DNA of 64,000 bases from a virus, in the IMG/VR virus record IMGVR_UViG_3300005573_000060, positions 32,001 through 96,000 of that record. One strand, written 5' to 3'. Numbering within the stretch: the first letter of the stretch is position 1; every line of letters starts with the position of its first letter. The notes beneath the pieces were generated by a model. It did no database searches. It saw nothing but the letters and a program-made list of their open reading frames with translations, and was not told the DNA's origin. A program made the translations under genes and the position numbers. Shown here in pieces: positions 56,326 to 64,000 of this stretch.

Positions 56326-56592
56326 ATGCATATGTCAGATTTTAAATTCTTAAATAACAAAGAGTTGATTGTTCCGGTTCCTCCAGATGGATATGAGTAT
56401 AAACTTGTACCTAAGGAAAAGAGTGAACGCGAGAAGTTAGAAGAGCAATTGGCTCAATTAGAGGATGAATTATCACAAATGATAGAGCCATCTAATGAAG
56501 AATTAATTAAAGTCGGTAAAATGTTTCATCCTTATTATTGGAAGTTAAATGAAAAACAAGAAGTTGAAAATCTATTAAAGGAGATGTTATAA
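56326..56592 (+). CDS. Small coiled-coil protein (possible fibre chaperone)
   Basis: 88 aa, between structural genes. Confidence 0.45.
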   Translation: MHMSDFKFLNNKELIVPVPPDGYEYKLVPKEKSEREKLEEQLAQLEDELSQMIEPSNEELIKVGKMFHPYYWKLNEKQEVENLLKEML

Positions 56593-56593
56593 T

Positions 56594-57970
56594 ATGTCAA
56601 TAACTAAAAGTAGTGATATTATTACCGTTAAATTTGAGGTAGGAGATTCTAAAGGCAACTCTTACAACAATCCTTATACCTTTGAGGATATTTATCAGGC
56701 TGATGTTTCAAATGGATGGGGAGTTGTGACAAAAAGCGAAAATGCTTACTTTTTAAATTGTGGTGTTAAAATAGATGGTTCGTCAACATATTTCTGGGAT
56801 TATGATAAAATCATAGTCTTTACAAAAAAAATTACAGCATATTTTTATTATTTACAATTAACAAATTCACCATATTTTCGTTCTGGTAAGACTGATGCGA
56901 TTTATTGGAACAATAAAACAATGGTATGGACACAAACGGGAACATCAGAACCTGCCTTTGCCTTTTTTAGTATAAATGGTAAAATTGAATTATATCACTC
57001 AAAATTTATTAAATTAAGAGTTAAAGATTTTGGAAACATATCATCATTTACGTCCGTAGTATATAATTGTGAAATTTATTTTCCTGATACTCTTGCGTAT
57101 GGCATATATACAGACATCCAACATTTAAAATTTTTTTCAAGTTACTTTAATTTAAATTCAACGTCTATCAGGATTCAATATATAGATCTTTATTTGGCGA
57201 CACTTTCCTGTAATCCTTTATCATCTTCGGGAGCTTATGCGAAGAACATAAGATTTTTTGATAATTCAACAGTAAAGTTTTATTTGCAGGGTGGGGAAGA
57301 CGATAGGACTTTGGTATTATGTGATAGTAATGCACCACATGACATCATTGTTCAGTCTAATTCATATTGGGCAAGTACTCGTTGGCGGTACAAACTTAAT
57401 TCAACATTTAACTTTAATATTAAAAATGGTAATGGAGCAACAATAACACTGAAAGATAAAGATAATAATAGTGTAATTAATCAAACACTTTCTGGGGAAA
57501 CATATTCACAGGAGGTAACATATTTTGCAGCAAAATGTTGGCATATTTATGATGGGCAAACAGCTAATGCATATAAAGAATTATATGATTATCAGCCTTT
57601 TTCTCTTGTAATATCAAAATCAGGGTATCAAGATTTTATAATTGATAGTATTACAGTAACAGACGGAATACCTACTGAAATAAGAGGAGAACTTAAGGTA
57701 AATACACTTATTATTGATTCACTTTCCTTCACCCACCCCACACAGTCAAAAAATAACGGCACAATAACTGTTCAAGCTTCTGGTGGTGTAGCTCCATATC
57801 AATACAGCATTGATGACGGCGCAACATGGCAAGCAACAGGAGAGTTTATCGGATTGGTGGCAGGTGATTATATTGTTAAAATAAAAGATAGCGAAAATTC
57901 AATAACAGAAAGCGTAACTGTAACTCTAATTGAACAAGTAGAAAAAAGAGAATACATTTCTATTTTTTAA
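56594..57970 (+). CDS. Structural/adhesin-like protein with a C-terminal SprB-type repeat
   Basis: NGTITVQASGGVAPYQYSIDDGATWQ...GLVAGDYIVKIKDS. Confidence 0.6.
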   Translation: MSITKSSDIITVKFEVGDSKGNSYNNPYTFEDIYQADVSNGWGVVTKSENAYFLNCGVKIDGSSTYFWDYDKIIVFTKKITAYFYYLQLTNSPYFRSGKTDAIYWNNKTMVWTQTGTSEPAFAFFSINGKIELYHSKFIKLRVKDFGNISSFTSVVYNCEIYFPDTLAYGIYTDIQHLKFFSSYFNLNSTSIRIQYIDLYLATLSCNPLSSSGAYAKNIRFFDNSTVKFYLQGGEDDRTLVLCDSNAPHDIIVQSNSYWASTRWRYKLNSTFNFNIKNGNGATITLKDKDNNSVINQTLSGETYSQEVTYFAAKCWHIYDGQTANAYKELYDYQPFSLVISKSGYQDFIIDSITVTDGIPTEIRGELKVNTLIIDSLSFTHPTQSKNNGTITVQASGGVAPYQYSIDDGATWQATGEFIGLVAGDYIVKIKDSENSITESVTVTLIEQVEKREYISIF

Positions 57971-58043
57971 TCTCTTCAAACTTTATCTATTTATTTTTTA
58001 AATACTTTTTTTACGAATAAATAATTTAAAAAGGTATGTTCAT

Positions 58044-58841
58044 ATGCAATATATTTTTGATGATAAACAGGTTTATGCCAAAACTATAGAATTTTCAAAT
58101 TCTATTCCAATATTTAATATTGATAAAATAACTTCTTTTATTGAAAAGGGAGTTCTTGGCAAGTTCACAAAAAAAGAATTCAGATGGTCTTATGATAATC
58201 AAAACTGGTCGTACTGGACAAATTTGACTCAATTGGCGCTTACATCTATAAATATACAAAGTAATCACTCTCTTTATTTGCATTTTAAGTATACTAAAGA
58301 AAGTGATGATTCAGATATATCACAAATTGTTATTAACTACAATGAAGCAGACGGATACGTTTCATCGTATCCATACACTACATCTCAATCTTATACACAA
58401 AGAAATACAACTCAAGATTCAAAGAGTTATATAAATGCTTCACTGTTAAACGGTTATCCAGGAAAATATTATTTAACTAGATCAAATCATATAGGATATC
58501 AGCCAATGAGTTCTATAACAGGATTACAAACAAATTTAAGTAATATTGATACATCAATTAATAATTTAATGACTTATGTTAATACAAAAAGTAAATCTGT
58601 TCAAATGACTATTTTATCTAGTGGTTGGGATATTTCTACAAAATCTTATTTACTTGATACAACACTGGATATATCTATTTTAACGAATGATATACTTTTT
58701 GTTTCACCTCTTAAAAAGCAAGATTATTTAACATGGACAAATTTCGGTGTGTTCTGTGAAGATCAATCTATAAATACTCTTTATTTTCTATGCGACAATG
58801 TTCCAAATAGTGATATTAAAATCAGAATAGTGAAAATTTAA
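58044..58841 (+). CDS. Structural protein, paralog of 54665-56317
   Basis: KKEFRWSY..WSYW domain; YYLTRSNHIGYQ...SNIDTSINN. Confidence 0.65.
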   Translation: MQYIFDDKQVYAKTIEFSNSIPIFNIDKITSFIEKGVLGKFTKKEFRWSYDNQNWSYWTNLTQLALTSINIQSNHSLYLHFKYTKESDDSDISQIVINYNEADGYVSSYPYTTSQSYTQRNTTQDSKSYINASLLNGYPGKYYLTRSNHIGYQPMSSITGLQTNLSNIDTSINNLMTYVNTKSKSVQMTILSSGWDISTKSYLLDTTLDISILTNDILFVSPLKKQDYLTWTNFGVFCEDQSINTLYFLCDNVPNSDIKIRIVKI

Positions 58842-58966
58842 TAGTTCAAAAATTGAGCTATTTTAGTGTATAAATAAATAAAATAAAAAATGAAGTTTGA
58901 TCAAATCTTCAACATTTTTATTTTTAATACACATAAAACATAATAGATAAAAATTAAGATGTTTTC

Positions 58967-61558
58967 ATGCAATATATTTTTAATGATAGACGAACATATA
59001 TAACATCCATAGAATTTCAGAACACTTCTCCTATAGTTAATATTGAAAAAATAGTATCTTTTCGAGAAGACGGTATTGTAGGCAATTTTACAAAAAAAGA
59101 ATTTTGTTATTCATTTAATAATATTACATGGTCTCCATGGCAAACTCTTAATATTACAAATTTATCTTCAATAGATTTTAGAGATAATCAATACTTTTAT
59201 TTACATGTAAAATACTCAAGAAATAAAGTTATTGATGGAAATATTGATCGCTTTTCTATCATATATGATTCTAAGATAACAACTCCATCAATAATATATG
59301 ACGTTTCTATTATAGATGCCGATTTCTTACAGGGAAAAGACGGAGAATACTATTTAAATTTTAGTAATCATTATGGAAAAATCCCCACATCTTCATTAAC
59401 ATTTTTTAATGTTGGAGGAGAGGTAGAATGTGCTGATATAATTGATGCATCTGAGTACACAACAATAAGATTTAGAACATTTAAAGGAATAAATAATGTA
59501 ATTGTTTATCAGGATGGCGATAACATTATCATAGATGTTTCTGATTATACACTTAAATCTTATGTAGACGGTTCATTAAATGATATACGTTCACAATATA
59601 TTCCAGATTTTTCATTAGGATATAAATTTATATGGGACACTTCTGGATTATTAGATGTTAGTATTAGAACTGATGGAGCTCAAGGTGTACAAGGAACACA
59701 AGGAACTGTTGGCGCTCAAGGCACACAAGGAGTTCAAGGATCGTTGGGGTTACAAGGTGCTCAAGGAAAAATAGGATCTCAAGGAATTTCGGGCGCACAA
59801 GGAAAAGTTGGCGCTCAAGGTTCAATTGGTTATCAAGGAGTTCAAGGATCTATCGGCATTCAAGGTATTCAGGGCACACAAGGAAGAGTTGGTTCAATTG
59901 GGCTTCAAGGAGTTCAAGGACATATAGGTTCTCAAGGATTATCTGGCGTTCAAGGAGCTCAAGGAAACCAGGGACAGAAGGGAGATAAAGGCGATCAAGG
60001 TATTCAAGGTTTAGCTGGTTCTCAGGGAGCTATTGGATCTCAGGGGTCTCAAGGAATGATTGGTCTTAAGGGTGATAAAGGAGATGTAGGCTCTCAAGGA
60101 TTAGCAGGTTCTCAGGGTTTGGTGGGATCGCAAGGTGTTCAAGGGTCAAGAGGTTTAAAGGGTGATGATGGTGCTCAAGGAGTTCAAGGATCTATTGGTA
60201 TTCAAGGATCACAAGGAATGTCAGTGCAAGGAAGCGCTGGAAAAGCTGGAGATCAAGGTGCACAAGGAACACAAGGCGCACAAGGATTATCGGGTATACA
60301 AGGAGCTCAAGGTTCAGAGGGGCAACGTGGCGTAAAAGGAGACACTGGATCTCAAGGAGTTCAAGGAACACAAGGAACTCAAGGTGCTCAAGGTATACAG
60401 GGTGTAGTTGGTTGTAAGGGTGAAGTTGGAGCGCAAGGAACACAGGGTACTCAAGGAAGAATAGGATCACAAGGTATTCAGGGTAATGTTGGTTATGGCT
60501 CACAAGGAGTGCAAGGAGCTCAAGGTACTGCTATTCAAGGTGTACAAGGAAATGTAGGTATTCAAGGTATTCAAGGTGCAACTGGAAGTGGAGGAGGAGC
60601 CTCAGATGCATCTATAAATGAGTTGTATCAATGGCAAATTATTCAAGACGCATCTATAATATCCAGTGTCATTTATACTTCATCTCTTGATCCAAGTATA
60701 ACAATGCCTTCAGCTGTTGGTGGAATTCCCGCTGGAACTACTGTTAGTCAACTTAATAACAAAACTTTTAGTTATTTATGGGATTCTCTGTTATTTCCTA
60801 CAGCATATCCTACATTGACAAATCCTTCAGCTACATTTGTTATAAGTAGTCCATCGTCCACATTACAAGAAGTTTCGGCTAACATTAGTATTCAATTTTC
60901 AGCAACATTTAACAGAGGTTCTATTAGTCCTCAGTATAGTGCAGATAGTCCATATAGAAGCGGGCCTCCTAATAAATACAATTATTCTGGAACAGGATTA
61001 CCTGCATATGTTGATACTTCTGCATTAAGCAACTCACAAACAGTGTCATCTTATTACATTAAACTTGGAAATCAATCATGGTCTTCGTATGTATCATATG
61101 ATGCGGGTTGTCAACCTAAAGATAGTAAAGGAAATAATTACATGTCTCCTTTACCAGCAGGAAATACATCAACGATAACTAGAACAATAACGGGAGTTTA
61201 TCCTATATTCGCTACAACCGTAGATATATCTCTAATGACAAAACAGACATTATATGATATGAATACTGTAGGACCAATAACACTATCTTTAGTTGCAGAA
61301 GTTGGAGGATATAAGCAAGCATTTGAGTTACCCAATGCTTGGATAGGTGCGCCTACAAATAATCCATTGACAGGTATTAGAACATATAACACTGTTTCTG
61401 GGCAATGGGAGTATCAAGGTGGTACAGCAGCAGCATCATTAACAAAATGGACATCTTCTAGTACAACAGAGACAATACAGGGATACGTTATTAATTACAC
61501 TAAATATACATATAATCAAACAGATAGAAGCGCAACACAAATTAGATTAGAATTTTAA
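58967..61558 (+). CDS. Collagen-like fibre protein
   Basis: Same N-terminal domain family, about 100 Gly-X-Gln triplets, beta-rich C-terminus. Confidence 0.85.
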   Translation: MQYIFNDRRTYITSIEFQNTSPIVNIEKIVSFREDGIVGNFTKKEFCYSFNNITWSPWQTLNITNLSSIDFRDNQYFYLHVKYSRNKVIDGNIDRFSIIYDSKITTPSIIYDVSIIDADFLQGKDGEYYLNFSNHYGKIPTSSLTFFNVGGEVECADIIDASEYTTIRFRTFKGINNVIVYQDGDNIIIDVSDYTLKSYVDGSLNDIRSQYIPDFSLGYKFIWDTSGLLDVSIRTDGAQGVQGTQGTVGAQGTQGVQGSLGLQGAQGKIGSQGISGAQGKVGAQGSIGYQGVQGSIGIQGIQGTQGRVGSIGLQGVQGHIGSQGLSGVQGAQGNQGQKGDKGDQGIQGLAGSQGAIGSQGSQGMIGLKGDKGDVGSQGLAGSQGLVGSQGVQGSRGLKGDDGAQGVQGSIGIQGSQGMSVQGSAGKAGDQGAQGTQGAQGLSGIQGAQGSEGQRGVKGDTGSQGVQGTQGTQGAQGIQGVVGCKGEVGAQGTQGTQGRIGSQGIQGNVGYGSQGVQGAQGTAIQGVQGNVGIQGIQGATGSGGGASDASINELYQWQIIQDASIISSVIYTSSLDPSITMPSAVGGIPAGTTVSQLNNKTFSYLWDSLLFPTAYPTLTNPSATFVISSPSSTLQEVSANISIQFSATFNRGSISPQYSADSPYRSGPPNKYNYSGTGLPAYVDTSALSNSQTVSSYYIKLGNQSWSSYVSYDAGCQPKDSKGNNYMSPLPAGNTSTITRTITGVYPIFATTVDISLMTKQTLYDMNTVGPITLSLVAEVGGYKQAFELPNAWIGAPTNNPLTGIRTYNTVSGQWEYQGGTAAASLTKWTSSSTTETIQGYVINYTKYTYNQTDRSATQIRLEF
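59675..60586 (+). repeat. Collagen (Gly-X-Y) repeat region, Gln-rich and proline-free
   Basis: GAQGVQGTQG... repeats; caagg recurrent in the DNA. Confidence 0.92.
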
Positions 61559-61578
61559 AATGATTTAATATTTTACTA

Positions 61579-62091
61579 ATGGCTAGATACAAAGGAACAT
61601 TTAACTTTTCTAATAACTTTGAAGTACTTAATAAGGCTCCATTGGATGCTAGACTTGTTGTTGACACAAGAGCAGATCTAATAGATCCTTCAACATGGAA
61701 AGATAGCGCAGGTTTAGTATGGTTATTTAAAGGTATAATTGTTTCTGTTGTATCAGATTCGAATCCTTCATATAATGGTCCTTATTTTTTAACAGATGAA
61801 ACTAGTTATACAAGTTATAGTAGTTGGGTAAAACTTGAAACTGGAGCATCAGGAACATCTTTGTTAGTATATGACGCATCTATAATAGGCGATAATGTCA
61901 CAACTGTTTTTCCGATAATACATAATTTAAACACTATGAGACAAAATATAACAATTTCAGACGCAATGACAAATGCGATAATTTATCCAGGAATAACTAT
62001 AGGATCAAGTACAAATTACATATCATTCTTTACACCTCCATCAACATCAGAAGTATATAACGTTCACATAAGCTCGAATATCATAACATAA
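61579..62091 (+). CDS. Structural/fibre-associated protein
   Basis: APLDARLVV motif; FPIIHNLNT C-terminal fibre-like domain. Confidence 0.55.
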   Translation: MARYKGTFNFSNNFEVLNKAPLDARLVVDTRADLIDPSTWKDSAGLVWLFKGIIVSVVSDSNPSYNGPYFLTDETSYTSYSSWVKLETGASGTSLLVYDASIIGDNVTTVFPIIHNLNTMRQNITISDAMTNAIIYPGITIGSSTNYISFFTPPSTSEVYNVHISSNIIT

Positions 62092-62176
62092 AAAATAGCA
62101 AAGAATAAATAAATAAAATAAAAATTGATAATTTATAAATGATGAAAATATCATTTTAGCTAAAATAATATGAAAT

Positions 62177-63076
62177 ATGAATATCACCAAATTTGTGGCT
62201 CCTAATACAATATTTGATTCAAGTGTATCATTTCTACGAAATATATCATTTGAATCATCTACTTATTTACATGGAACCGCGTTCATAAACGCCCCAGCCA
62301 CAGTTTCTGCGCAAAACCCATATGCATTAGTGCTTGAAACCGGAACAGGAAATAATTTACAGATTAAATCTGTACAATTAGGAACAATGGCGTTTCAAGC
62401 ATCGACGAATTATTATACAGCGGCTCAACTTGATGCTTCTTTTAATGTAATTTGGACAAAATTTTCTAGTGAAGATGCTTCTATAGTTGCATTAAGAACT
62501 AAAGATTCAAATATAGATACTTCACTTAATCAGATTTGGAGTAAACTGGGAAGTGAAGATTCTTCTATAGTTGCATTAAGAACTAAAGATTCAAATATAG
62601 ATACTTCACTTAATCAAATTTGGTCTAAATTAGGAAATGAAGACACATCAATAAATGGCGCTTATACTGCTATTAATGATTTATCGTTAAATAGATTAAA
62701 AGATGTACGTAACATTAATGTAACGGGTAATGCTTCTATATACGCATACGAAACTGATAATGTAGCATATATCAAAAAATTAGTTGCTGGATCTGGTGCA
62801 ACAATAACAGAAGACGCATCTACAATTACGATAGCAGTATCAGGTGTTGCTGGATATGTAAGAAAATATTCTGGCACATTTGATGGAACAGCTAATGCAT
62901 CTATTGGAATACTTGCGGTAACACATGGTTTAGGAACAGGCCCACTATCTATAACAGTTTATGAATCAAATCAACAAGTTTGGCCGGCAATAGATTGTGA
63001 TGATAGTGGAAATGTTGTTATATCATGGTCACCTGGATCATTAGGTACAAATTGCAAATATATTATAGTGGGATAA
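62177..63076 (+). CDS. Fibre protein with 28-aa tandem repeats
   Basis: EDxSIVALRTKDSNIDTSLNQIWSKLG repeats; VTHGLG C-terminal motif. Confidence 0.65.
   Translation: MNITKFVAPNTIFDSSVSFLRNISFESSTYLHGTAFINAPATVSAQNPYALVLETGTGNNLQIKSVQLGTMAFQASTNYYTAAQLDASFNVIWTKFSSEDASIVALRTKDSNIDTSLNQIWSKLGSEDSSIVALRTKDSNIDTSLNQIWSKLGNEDTSINGAYTAINDLSLNRLKDVRNINVTGNASIYAYETDNVAYIKKLVAGSGATITEDASTITIAVSGVAGYVRKYSGTFDGTANASIGILAVTHGLGTGPLSITVYESNQQVWPAIDCDDSGNVVISWSPGSLGTNCKYIIVG
62471..62650 (+). repeat. 84-bp tandem repeat (2 full copies plus a partial)
   Basis: Units start at 62471, 62555 and 62639. Confidence 0.9.
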
Positions 63077-63145
63077 TTTTACATATGATTGAATTTATCC
63101 ATTATTTTATATTTTTCTGGATAGTGAAAGAAAATGATAAAATAA

Positions 63146-64000
63146 ATGGCTCGCGAATTTAAGATAAAAAATGGCCTTTTAATAGAAGGCTCGACAAATA
63201 CTGCTCCTGTAATAGCTATAAGAAACTCTTCCACAGAGATAACTAAAGATTCTTCTTCTATATTAGTTACAGGAAAAGCTATATATGATTATGTTGATAG
63301 ATTAGTTGATATTACTGTTCCAGGAGATGCATGCATTTATACCGCTAAAGACTGGTTTGAAGATACACAAATGGCGGGTCGCATTTCTGGAGGTATCATA
63401 ACACCCAATGGAGATGGAACTATAAGTGTTTCTTCTGGAACTGGTATAGTTCATATAATTTCTTCTTCTCCAAATTCTTATGCTGATGACCCGGGTCTTA
63501 CATCACCAATTAAATATGTTACATGGCCAAGTGTTTCTAATTTAACATTAACAGATAATGCATATAATTACATTTATTATGATTATGAAACTGGATCTAT
63601 TTTAGCTACAACAAATTTTTATTCTATAGATTTTACAAGAGAATTTACTATAGGTAGAGCTTATAGAATGGGTAATTATGTTGTAGCAAGATTATGCGGA
63701 ACAAATGTTTGGAATTTTGATAGAAGAGTTCAATTATTTGGAGAAGAAAGATTTCCAGTTGAGAGAGCATCTGGATTAATAACAGGTGATTCTGGTGATA
63801 GAAAAATAAATGTTTCTGCTGGTGTTATTTGGGCTGAACTTGTTAACAGATTCATAACCGATTCATTTGATTCTTCTGCTGGCGGAAAATTTACTACATG
63901 GTATCATTCAAGTGGAGTGTGGAATTCTTCAACTGGTCAAACACAAGTTAGTAATACTCAATATGATAATGGTACTAATTTACAAAATCTTGGCACAAAT
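63146..64000 (+). CDS. Partial tail/fibre protein running off the window end
   Basis: MAREFKIKNGLLIEG... start at 63146; Gly/Ser/Thr-rich; no stop noticed (frame not checked codon by codon to the end). Confidence 0.6.
   Translation, partial: MAREFKIKNGLLIEGSTNTAPVIAIRNSSTEITKDSSSILVTGKAIYDYVDRLVDITVPGDACIYTAKDWFEDTQMAGRISGGIITPNGDGTISVSSGTGIVHIISSSPNSYADDPGLTSPIKYVTWPSVSNLTLTDNAYNYIYYDYETGSILATTNFYSIDFTREFTIGRAYRMGNYVVARLCGTNVWNFDRRVQLFGEERFPVERASGLITGDSGDRKINVSAGVIWAELVNRFITDSFDSSAGGKFTTWYHSSGVWNSSTGQTQVSNTQYDNGTNLQNLGTN

Noticed and set aside
933-62877. Short antisense ORFs in the track (e.g. 933-1130, 4862-5110, 20131-20325, 30483-30794, 47262-47690, 60192-60503)
   Set aside because: They lie opposite well-supported genes and have the composition of reverse-frame shadows of AT-rich coding DNA
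54665-63300. D-x-S motif as the known Bacteroidota O-glycosylation sequon
   Set aside because: That sequon is D-(S/T)-(A/I/L/V/M/T); DAS, DTS and DGS do not fit, so host glycosylation is not supported
1-64000. Alternative genetic code (stop-codon reassignment)
   Set aside because: Recognisable genes are full length under the standard code, TAG and TGA act as stops, and no suppressor tRNA was seen

Overview
A very AT-rich 64-kb segment of a large (jumbo-type) tailed dsDNA phage with a T4-like head module: gp23-like major capsid protein, gp21-like prohead protease, clamp loader, RNase H, Rnl1 and TATAAATA late promoters. The host is probably a Bacteroidota member (inference from TAnnTTTG/A promoters, an RprY-like regulator and an SprB repeat). 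From left to right the window holds: a TnpB-bearing IS remnant; a tail-tube-like gene, RuvC, cupin and SET genes; a ~13-kb glycosylation cluster (T4 alpha-glucosyltransferase homolog, GT25 x2, GT10, GT-B, FkbM methyltransferases, NTase-HAD-kinase fusion) with a diverged capsid paralog inside it; capsid and protease-scaffold genes; auxiliary genes (def, arginine decarboxylase, guanylate kinase, corA, infA); a second TnpB copy; 16 hand-folded tRNA genes; nucleotide/NAD enzymes; Ro60 (TROVE); replication genes; small early membrane proteins; RNA ligase; and a fibre/collagen structural block running off the right edge. Top leads: (1) a Y-RNA-like leader with a terminator/antiterminator pair directly upstream of ro60, plus a second copy of the motif abutting tRNA-Gln; (2) TTAACA-N5-TTAACA boxes beside early promoters and a phage OmpR/RprY-like regulator; (3) the glycosylation cluster; (4) atypical tRNAs (V-arm tRNA-Thr, V-arm-less tRNA-Leu, duplicated tRNA-Ile UAU, C74 but no CCA in all 16). 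All family assignments come from motif recognition by eye; no database searches or folding programs were run.
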